IMG/VR virus record: IMGVR_UViG_2698536571_000012
DNA length: 7,751 nt
From: a virus
Lineage: Duplodnaviria > Heunggongvirae > Uroviricota > Caudoviricetes
Strand: one strand, 5' to 3'
Shown: positions 1-6,352 of the stretch, piece after piece
Layout of the letters: each line of letters opens with the position of its first letter
Numbering within the stretch: position 1 is the stretch's first letter
Translations under genes and position numbers: made by a program
Notes under the pieces: model-generated
The model's database searches: none
Told to the model about the DNA's origin: nothing
What the model saw: the letters and a program-made list of their open reading frames with translations, nothing else

Positions 1-22
1 GGGACGGAAGTCGCTGTCGTTC

Positions 23-268
23 TCAAAATCGGTGGAGCTGCATGACAAAGTCATCGGGCATTATCTGAACATAAAACACTATCAATAAGTTGGAGTCATT
101 ACCCAGCTTCCAAGCCTTATTACATTTAATCTGAGCATCGAGAATATCATTTCTGATAGCTGGAGCGTAACCGGATACATCGCTAATATTCATTAACTCT
201 TTGCACGATAGCATAGGCGCGTTATTGCGTTCAGTGGTCACGTTACCTGCATTCTTCTTACTGGTCAC
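23..268 (-). CDS. Hypothetical protein, 3' segment of a frame-disrupted gene downstream of the tape measure gene
   Basis: Track ORF with GTG start at 268 and TGA stop at 23-25. Hand translation shows the same frame stays open with no stop up to 571 (182 codons) but has no ATG/GTG/TTG before 268. An open frame this long in AT-rich DNA is unlikely by chance, so the coding region probably extends upstream (see finding on 23-701). Confidence 0.5.
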   Translation of the reverse strand: MTSKKNAGNVTTERNNAPMLSCKELMNISDVSGYAPAIRNDILDAQIKCNKAWKLGNDSNLLIVFYVQIMPDDFVMQLHRF

Positions 269-548
269 ACCACCGTCATTTGTGGTAGCCGTTTTGCCAG
301 TGGCTGCTGAAATATCAGTTTGACCTACGATTGCTTTAAAGTTAATTTCCTGAAAAGTTAGCTGGATACGAAGACCGTTAGAGATAGTAACATCTTTAGA
401 GGCTTTAAAGTTGGTAATAATGGAATCGTCAATTTTAATTCCATCTTTACAGATAACAGAAATAATCTGCTTCTGGTCACGCCAGTTTTCCAGAGTGTCA
501 ATGAAGTTTTCTACTAATTGACCCTGACGAGTTAATAATAAGCTTCCT

Positions 549-740
<192 letters not shown>

Positions 741-857
741 TCATTTTTAACCAAGCCTTTGATATATATGTATTTTCTCTGTTAAGCGTGAGCTACGTGA
801 AAAATAATTTTTGGTGTGGGTATTAACTTTGCTTTATTCACGTAGAACACCGTTAAA

Positions 858-3038
858 TCATTCTTCCTCTGGATAGCTTGAACTTAAGAGCATATCCTGC
901 GTGAACTGGTCATTAGCTGATTGATTGAAAGTAAAGAAAGATGGTTCATCTGGTCGAACGACAACTTGACCACCAAGTGAAACTTTCACTGGCTCCTGAA
1001 TACGCTTACTCAAAGCACTAATTTCATCCCTCAGACCCTGAATATCTGCACTCGTTAATGCTGAATCTTGCTTAATGTTGTTTAACTCTGGATGATTGAA
1101 TCTTGCAATATTCATTGTGGCATTGTTAAACAATTCACCCATTGAACTAAAAATTCTACTCCATCCTTCGTTAATCATATTCGGTTTATTAGGGTCACCA
1201 GAATACACGGGATTAAAGTCACTACCCACACCTACCCCAGACGGATGCATATTAGCGTTTTTGACTACTTCCTGATTCATAAAATCCAGTGCTTTCTTCA
1301 ATGCATATAAACCAAGAGTGACGCCTCTGATTTGTGGAATCATTGAAGCTAATGCTAACGCTGTTTCATAACCGTCATCAGCATAACCAATTGCAAGAGC
1401 ACTACCTACACCACCAGCTACACCTTTCAGTTTTCCACCACCTTTACCAGTAGCTACCTGACCAGCCACCTGATTAGCTCTTGTACCTAACGTTGTGATT
1501 GCTCTTGTCAGGTTCATAACCCCTGTAGTAGCACTGAATAGCGTCTTTGCAGATAACGCTATAGCAAGACCTTTGACGAAGTTGATAAAACCATCACCGA
1601 CTTCATCAAGTAGTTTTCGTTTAGTGTCATCAAGGCTGTAATAGAACTTCTTAGTCTGTAAAATCCAGCCTTCAATGGTGTTATTGAATACGCGAATATC
1701 ATCTACACCAGCTTTAAGCATGTCGATAAGTCCACCGATAGCATCACCAGCGATAGAAGAACTCATCCCCATTTCACTAAGCAGGTTACTCAGGCTGGAT
1801 AAGAAGCCGTTTAGCTCATCCTGTGAACCTGAGAAGATTTTCACCATCGTATCATCCCAATTGTTTGCTAACTTACCTAAAGCTGTCTGAGTGCTCTTAG
1901 TGACTTCAGCCCAGCCACCCGCTTTATCAATCATCAAGCCCATCTGTTTAGCGACTTTAGGGAGAGTATCAGCGGAAAGTACCTTCCCGTTTTTCATGGC
2001 TGCATCAAGCTCTGTAGCAGTCATACCCAATGCTTCAGCGAATAGCTTAAATGCACCAGCCATACGGTCACCTAACTGCCCACGTAATTCCTCAGCCTGA
2101 ATCTTGCCCTTGCTCGCCATCTGCTCAAATGCTCTCAAAATGCCGTTTAGCTCATCGTTAGAAAGCCCCATTAAGCGACTCATAGCCGTTGCATTACCAA
2201 ATAGCTCCTGTGTCTGTTCCTGTGACATAGAACCCTGAGCACCTGCTGCAAACTTAGCGTAGCTTGATAGCCCTTCAGAGATATTAAGACCTGTCTTGTC
2301 TGCTAAATTTCGAATAAATACCTCAGCTTCAGATGCTTTATCACCAAGTACAAACTTAGCGGCTCTCTGTGCGGAATCTCGTTTAAGACCTGCATTCATA
2401 ATGGCCTTGTAAGCGTTAAGAGCACCCATCACAGAGTAAAATGCACCAGATAATTTAATCGCATTGCTTGCAAGATTATTAAATGCGTCGCTTGTATTGT
2501 TAATGCTGGCGGTCTTTGTCTGTGACCTGAGTTTATTCAACGTTTCACGAAGAGATTGATTTAATTTTGCAAGTTCAGCGTTAAACTTTTCACTTCCAAT
2601 ATTACCAGCCTTACCGCTTAAGCTGTAATACTGTGCTTTAAACATTTTAGCCATCAGCGGATTAATATCACCAAGCTTAGACATATTCACGCTATGCGCT
2701 GCTGTGATTGCTCTGTTTCCGCTAATTCGTGGTTGCCTTGATTGTTTTGGAGGATTAACAGTGTCATTAAATCTGGTGGCAAACTGAAATGCTTTTGTGC
2801 TTCTTGCTCTCTGCTCAATCTTGTCAAAGGTCTTATTAAACTTCCTTTCAAGCTGCCCTAAAGAACTTGTCAGATTGCTGTCAAGTTGCTTGGTATCGAC
2901 CTTAAACGCTCTATTCAAATTGCGTTCAATTCTTTGTGCTGACTGCAAAGCTGCCTTTTCAACTCTTTGCAAGCCCTTAATAACGTTTTCACTGAAACTA
3001 AGTTCAACGATAAAACTATCAACTGTGAATTTGCTCAT
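858..3038 (-). CDS. Phage tail tape measure protein (726 aa)
   Basis: Long, largely helical protein with the conserved tape-measure motif region (...GKIQAEELRGQLGDRMAGAFKLFAEALGMTATELDAAMKNGKVLSADTLPKVAKQMG...) and a Gly-rich hydrophobic segment (GKGGGKLKGVAGGVGSALAIGYADDGY). Start ATG 3038-3036 with GAGGTG Shine-Dalgarno 8 nt upstream. By the lambda gpH rule of thumb (~0.15 nm per residue) this would set a tail of roughly 100-110 nm. Confidence 0.85.
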   Translation of the reverse strand: MSKFTVDSFIVELSFSENVIKGLQRVEKAALQSAQRIERNLNRAFKVDTKQLDSNLTSSLGQLERKFNKTFDKIEQRARSTKAFQFATRFNDTVNPPKQSRQPRISGNRAITAAHSVNMSKLGDINPLMAKMFKAQYYSLSGKAGNIGSEKFNAELAKLNQSLRETLNKLRSQTKTASINNTSDAFNNLASNAIKLSGAFYSVMGALNAYKAIMNAGLKRDSAQRAAKFVLGDKASEAEVFIRNLADKTGLNISEGLSSYAKFAAGAQGSMSQEQTQELFGNATAMSRLMGLSNDELNGILRAFEQMASKGKIQAEELRGQLGDRMAGAFKLFAEALGMTATELDAAMKNGKVLSADTLPKVAKQMGLMIDKAGGWAEVTKSTQTALGKLANNWDDTMVKIFSGSQDELNGFLSSLSNLLSEMGMSSSIAGDAIGGLIDMLKAGVDDIRVFNNTIEGWILQTKKFYYSLDDTKRKLLDEVGDGFINFVKGLAIALSAKTLFSATTGVMNLTRAITTLGTRANQVAGQVATGKGGGKLKGVAGGVGSALAIGYADDGYETALALASMIPQIRGVTLGLYALKKALDFMNQEVVKNANMHPSGVGVGSDFNPVYSGDPNKPNMINEGWSRIFSSMGELFNNATMNIARFNHPELNNIKQDSALTSADIQGLRDEISALSKRIQEPVKVSLGGQVVVRPDEPSFFTFNQSANDQFTQDMLLSSSYPEEE

Positions 3039-3070
3039 TCATGTTTCACCTCTTTAAGTGTTCATATACG

Positions 3071-3111
3071 AAAAAGGGAAAGACTACCGATATCACTCGA
3101 TAATCTCTCCC
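3071..3111 (-). terminator. Rho-independent terminator-like hairpin immediately upstream of the tape measure gene
   Basis: On the minus-strand RNA: GGGAGAGA-U-UAUCGA-[GUGAUA]-UCGGUA-G-UCUUUCCC, about 14 bp of interrupted stem with G-U wobbles, followed directly by UUUUU (plus 3071-3075). Only ~18 nt separate the U-tract from the tape measure RBS. Confidence 0.5.
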
Positions 3112-3136
3112 GTAGATTTTCACCCAACCAATCTTG

Positions 3137-3343
3137 TTACCTAACCAGATAATAATTACCATCTTCACCAACAATCTGACAATCACTTGGTAATTTATCA
3201 AGACACCACTTAGCTATTTTCCTGATTCTATTCTTTTGCTTAGAGGAGGTGAATGATTTGATTCGTTTTGGTTTGTTGGGTTGTTCTTTCAATCGTTCAC
3301 TAATTGCTTTAATAAGCTCATAGCGTTCTGTTAAATCAATCAT
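3137..3343 (-). CDS. Hypothetical small basic protein (68 aa)
   Basis: Track ORF; ATG at 3343 preceded by AAGGTGGTGGTG; TAA stop 3139-3137. Lys/Arg-rich (KEQPNKPKRIKSFTSSKQKNRIRKIAK). Sits where a tail assembly chaperone would be expected, but is not acidic and shows no overlapping -1 frame partner. Confidence 0.65.
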   Translation of the reverse strand: MIDLTERYELIKAISERLKEQPNKPKRIKSFTSSKQKNRIRKIAKWCLDKLPSDCQIVGEDGNYYLVR

Positions 3344-3367
3344 TCACCACCACCTTTTAATTATTAA

Positions 3368-4078
3368 TTAAATAGCCTTTGCATATTTGCTAGAAATCTT
3401 CGTAAGCTGCTCAATATCAGCCTGCATAGCAATCTTCTTAGCATCTTCATATTCTTTCACAAGCTCTTTCATAGCCTGAAGCTCTCTTGAGAGATACAAC
3501 TTAACATTATCAAGTTGCTTGTTACGTGATGCCAAGATGTTCTGTCTAGCAATTTCAGCGAGTTCTTCATCGCTCTTATTAGTCATGTAAATAAACTGAC
3601 CAGCACCTCTTGATGCCTTAACCATCTTCACAATTCGATGTCCAGCAGGAAGACTACTAATCACGGCTGCGACGTTTTCTTGAAAAGTACCAAAACCATC
3701 ATTATCTTCGTATTGGTAATAGACAAATGGTTTCTGTGACAATTCATCCTGAATCTCAAATTCTGACGGCTCAATAGCTGATTGCATCAAGGTAACTTTG
3801 CTGTAAGCGTCATCTAATCTAAGGCGCTGTTCTTTCAGCAGTTGGTAATATTTCTTTTCAAGCTCAAGTAATGCTTCACTCTTGCAAATATCAGGCATCT
3901 CTTGAGGCTCAGGAGACACAAAGATGGTTGTTTTTGGTGACATCTTTAGCGATTGCTCAAGCTCAATACGCTTGTCATGCTCTTTACGCTGAATAGTGAT
4001 AGCTGGATGTTCAGTCTGTGGCGACCAGTCACTGAAGCTATCAATCACTTTGCCATTAATGTAAATATCATTTGTCAT
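3368..4078 (-). CDS. Hypothetical protein (236 aa) with predicted coiled-coil C-terminus
   Basis: Start reassigned to ATG 4078-4076 (MTNDIYINGK...) because GAGGA sits 6 nt upstream; the track's GTG start at 4126 has no RBS. TAA stop 3370-3368. Heptad-like C-terminal region (DEELAEIARQNILASRNKQLDNVKLYLSRELQAMKELVKEYEDAKKIAMQ). Function not recognisable by eye. Confidence 0.7.
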   Translation of the reverse strand: MTNDIYINGKVIDSFSDWSPQTEHPAITIQRKEHDKRIELEQSLKMSPKTTIFVSPEPQEMPDICKSEALLELEKKYYQLLKEQRLRLDDAYSKVTLMQSAIEPSEFEIQDELSQKPFVYYQYEDNDGFGTFQENVAAVISSLPAGHRIVKMVKASRGAGQFIYMTNKSDEELAEIARQNILASRNKQLDNVKLYLSRELQAMKELVKEYEDAKKIAMQADIEQLTKISSKYAKAI

Positions 4079-4253
4079 TGCTTTTCCTCTTCTAAGCGGA
4101 AGTGTTTCAGTTTTTAAAAAGCACACCTGACAGCCTATCTAAACTTAGAAGAGACTTAAAAGGCGGTTTGCCAAGTATGCTTTTTAAAAGCTGAATAGCC
4201 CTAGATAATTTCTTATAAAGGGCCATTCATAAGGTGAAGAAATTAAAACATCT

Positions 4254-4275
4254 AAAGGATTCAAAAAGGATTCAA
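4254..4275. repeat. Perfect tandem duplication, 2 x 11 bp (AAAGGATTCAA)
   Basis: Exact copies at 4254-4264 and 4265-4275 inside the ORF-free island. Confidence 0.9.
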
Positions 4276-4398
4276 ACGAATGAACAAGAGTACTTTTCGA
4301 GATGACCTCTCAGACTAACCTGAAAGGTCATGTAGCGAAAAGCATTGCACCTTTCAGAATAACTATCATTGATGTAGAATGATTAATAGTTTAATTCA

Positions 4399-4415
4399 GG
4401 AAGAGTTGCTCTTCC
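4399..4415. repeat. Perfect 17-bp palindrome GGAAGAG-TTG-CTCTTCC
   Basis: Arms 4399-4405 and 4409-4415 are exact reverse complements. No U-tract follows on either strand, so more likely a protein-binding dyad than a terminator. Confidence 0.85.
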
Positions 4416-4553
4416 CTATTACCATCATCTCATGCTTAAGGTTATTTGTCAACAGCTTTTTAACAGATTGGTAACATCAATTCTTATTTACCGTATTACC
4501 TACCCAGCAACCAACAAATAACCCTAAAGTCATCCAGAGAATAACGAGTGTCA

Positions 4554-4859
4554 TTACATCACCTCGCTGTAAGGGTTTAATTCATTCTGATAGGTCAAGA
4601 ATACATTCAGCTTCAATAATTGCTCAGGGCTTAAATCAAGTCGATTGCACTCTTCAATGATAAAGCGCTTATTGTATGGGTCTGTTACTTCCAGCTTGTG
4701 AACATAGTCACCAAGTTTAATTTCGTTGATTATATGCTTGTCAATATACGTTGACGCTTCAAAACAATGCATGAAATAGATATTAAAGCCCGACCTGTTC
4801 AGGTCAATCAACCAATTCATGGTTTCTTGGTCAACCATAATTTGCATTGGGTAATTCAT
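4554..4859 (-). CDS. Hypothetical protein (101 aa)
   Basis: Track ORF; ATG at 4859 with AGGAAGGA about 8 nt upstream; TAA stop 4556-4554. No recognisable motif. Confidence 0.7.
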   Translation of the reverse strand: MNYPMQIMVDQETMNWLIDLNRSGFNIYFMHCFEASTYIDKHIINEIKLGDYVHKLEVTDPYNKRFIIEECNRLDLSPEQLLKLNVFLTYQNELNPYSEVM

Positions 4860-5005
4860 TTTTAAAATCCTTCCTGTATCGCATTCTAAGACGTTTTAAC
4901 CCCTTTTTTAGACCACTTAAGGCGATTCCCTAAGTTACCCTGATTAGGGGCTTAAAAACGTTTCTGGTGCGTCTGGTAAAGCCTGAGAGATATGTTTTGC
5001 TGTTT

Positions 5006-5233
5006 TTAGCTCAAGTCTGAGACTAATAGCCCCATCTGGTGACCGTAGTCTTTTAACCAGCTTTGCTTAACCGGAGTCTTCAGAGAATAGTTAGGGGCTG
5101 ACAAGTGAAGATAGATATCATCTTTGCCGTGGATACTTCCCCATCCTTCGTATAACTCAAGCAAGTTTTCAAAATAACGAAATGCTTTATTAGTCTGAAG
5201 TTGTACTGTGATAGTTTTCATCAAGCACCCCAT
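5006..5233 (-). CDS. Hypothetical protein (75 aa; 71 aa if started at ATG 5221)
   Basis: Track ORF. The alternative ATG at 5221-5219 overlaps the upstream gene's TGA stop (TGATG, 1-nt overlap), consistent with translational coupling. Confidence 0.65.
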   Translation of the reverse strand: MGCLMKTITVQLQTNKAFRYFENLLELYEGWGSIHGKDDIYLHLSAPNYSLKTPVKQSWLKDYGHQMGLLVSDLS

Positions 5234-5442
5234 TCAGAAATAAGCTTAATTCCCTGCTCAAGCTGTTCAGGGTCGTTATAGTCGAGTATTACCAGTGGCT
5301 TTAATTCGTGTTTAAGCTGGTGGATTTGAGAGGGTTTTAATCGTTTGTTTGCTTTGAGGGTCACATCTTCAAATTCAGCATCTGCTAAATTCTGTCTGAT
5401 TAGGTGGCGGCCAAGTGTGGAATATTGGAACCTATAACACAT
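5221..5442 (-). CDS. Hypothetical protein (73 aa), middle gene of the coupled three-gene operon
   Basis: ATG 5442-5440 overlaps the TAA stop of the upstream gene (TAATG); GGAGG 4 nt upstream. TGA stop 5223-5221. Confidence 0.7.
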   Translation of the reverse strand: MCYRFQYSTLGRHLIRQNLADAEFEDVTLKANKRLKPSQIHQLKHELKPLVILDYNDPEQLEQGIKLISEWGA

Positions 5443-5732
5443 TAAACCTCCAATCTATCCGCCAGTTGATGGACCTTAGCGCTTAACACCTGAATCATTG
5501 AGCAACCTGCTACTGCGGACTGTGCTTTGAGTAGTTCCAGTTGGCCCGTTGTGATTCTGATGGCCTTAGAACCCTCTGCGACGCCCTTAACGTTATCGAA
5601 AGGGCTAAGGTTTACCGACTCTTTTAAAATCTCCCCAACAAGCGCTGTGTGCTTCATATCGGGATATTTGGCTTTGATTGCTGCCAGTCGTTCAAATGCC
5701 TCTGGCAAAAGGCGCGTAACTGTGTGAGTCAT
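5442..5732 (-). CDS. Putative ribbon-helix-helix (CopG/Arc-like) DNA-binding protein (96 aa)
   Basis: Start reassigned to ATG 5732-5730, which has AAGGAG 9 nt upstream; the track start at 5762 has no RBS. N-terminus fits an RHH pattern: beta-strand HTVTRL, helix LPEAFERLAAIKAKY, helix HTALVGEILKESV. The fold call is by eye only. Confidence 0.65.
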   Translation of the reverse strand: MTHTVTRLLPEAFERLAAIKAKYPDMKHTALVGEILKESVNLSPFDNVKGVAEGSKAIRITTGQLELLKAQSAVAGCSMIQVLSAKVHQLADRLEV

Positions 5733-5790
5733 TGTAAAAATCTCCTTAAATCTCTTACTCATACTACAATCTTAACATCTATTTAACATA

Positions 5791-5819
5791 TTGTCAGTAC
5801 CTCATTTACATGATACTAT
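5791..5819 (+). promoter_or_regulatory. Sigma70-like promoter for the small plus-strand gene
   Basis: TTGTCA (5791-5796), 17-bp spacer, TACTAT (5814-5819) with TG at 5811-5812 (extended -10). Lies ~50 nt upstream of the 5870 start codon. Confidence 0.4.
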
Positions 5820-5869
5820 GGTTGTAGGGGCTGATACAGGTGCTGTTTCCTTTCACAAAAGGAAAATTA

Positions 5870-6046
5870 ATGCATGATTTTTTCACAGCAATTATTGAAT
5901 CTCATCGTTTTAGCTCGTTGGGCTTTGCGGTATTTATTGTGCTATTGGTGTTTTGCGTTATGAATCGAGTCATTACAAAAAAGACAAAGCTTACAATTCG
6001 ACTTAAACTTCTTCGTGTTGAGATAGAGATTTCAGTAAATAAATAG
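5870..6046 (+). CDS. Small single-pass membrane protein (58 aa), candidate toxin or exclusion-type moron
   Basis: ATG 5870 with AGGA 6 nt upstream; the track's GTG start at 5840 has no RBS. Sequence MHDFFTAIIESHRFSSLGFAVFIVLLVFCVMNRVITKKTKLTIRLKLLRVEIEISVNK: one hydrophobic helix followed by a cationic tail. TAG stop 6044-6046. Confidence 0.6.
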   Translation: MHDFFTAIIESHRFSSLGFAVFIVLLVFCVMNRVITKKTKLTIRLKLLRVEIEISVNK

Positions 6047-6055
6047 CTGGTGGCC

Positions 6056-6352
6056 TTACCGGCACTTTCCCTTGATAATATTGGTGGCCCTCAGATTACC
6101 GGGGTCACCGTCTTTTAATCGTAGCTGGTGGACTGAATCCCATAAATCGTAATGATACAGCACCGCAAACTTCAAAGCGTCAATCTTTAAATCTGTCACA
6201 TCATCGACGAAATAATAATCCCTCCCTTCTTTCTTCGGTCGAATCCGGTAAACTTCCCCGTGAGTATCTTTCATCAAGTAACCTTCACGAGAAATGCTGT
6301 AACGTCTGAGTAAATAGTCACGGTATTTTCTCTCGCCATTATAAGTTTTCAT
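6056..6352 (-). CDS. Hypothetical basic protein (98 aa), translationally coupled to the replication initiator
   Basis: ATG 6352-6350 overlaps the initiator's TAA stop (TAATG); GGAGGA 8 nt upstream; TAA stop 6058-6056. Tyr/Arg/Lys-rich. Confidence 0.7.
   Translation of the reverse strand: MKTYNGERKYRDYLLRRYSISREGYLMKDTHGEVYRIRPKKEGRDYYFVDDVTDLKIDALKFAVLYHYDLWDSVHQLRLKDGDPGNLRATNIIKGKCR
6083..6116 (+). terminator. Rho-independent terminator-like hairpin for the small plus-strand gene
   Basis: Plus RNA stem GGUGGCCC (6083-6090) pairs with GGGUCACC (6102-6109), 8 bp with one G-U, 11-nt loop, then G-UCUUUU (6110-6116). It lies inside the 3' end of the convergent 98-aa gene. Confidence 0.45.

Noticed and set aside
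1675-3152. Four plus-strand ORFs (1675-1890, 1891-2100, 2797-3057, 2967-3152) overlapping the tape measure gene
   Set aside because: They lie antisense inside a long, well-supported minus-strand gene, have no ribosome-binding sites, and give low-complexity translations. Treated as shadow ORFs.
4079-4126. Longer N-terminal extensions given by the ORF track (4126 for the 236-aa gene, 5762 for the RHH gene, 7362 for the initiator, 5840 for the small plus-strand gene)
   Set aside because: In each case an internal ATG with a well-spaced Shine-Dalgarno sequence exists, and the extension starts at a GTG or ATG with no RBS. The internal starts were preferred.
4107-4226. 39-codon minus-strand ORF (MALYKKLSRAIQLLKSILGK...) inside the ORF-free island
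   Set aside because: No Shine-Dalgarno sequence; the upstream context is CACCTTATGA. An open frame of this length can arise by chance in this DNA. Kept only as a remote possibility of a small peptide.
4254-4280. tRNA T-arm-like motif (GGATTCAAA / TTTGAATCC)
   Set aside because: The near-invariant C56 position is a T, and no acceptor stem, D-arm or anticodon arm can be built around it. It is a tandem DNA repeat, not a tRNA.
5527-5727. Plus-strand 66-aa ORF inside the RHH-like gene
   Set aside because: Antisense to a minus-strand gene that has a strong RBS and translational coupling; no start context of its own.
6056-6352. HNH-like endonuclease motif in the 98-aa protein (VHQLRLKDGDPGNLRATN)
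   Set aside because: The spacing loosely resembles a His-Asn-Asn motif but the zinc-ligand cysteine pairs are missing, and the resemblance is too weak to call by eye.
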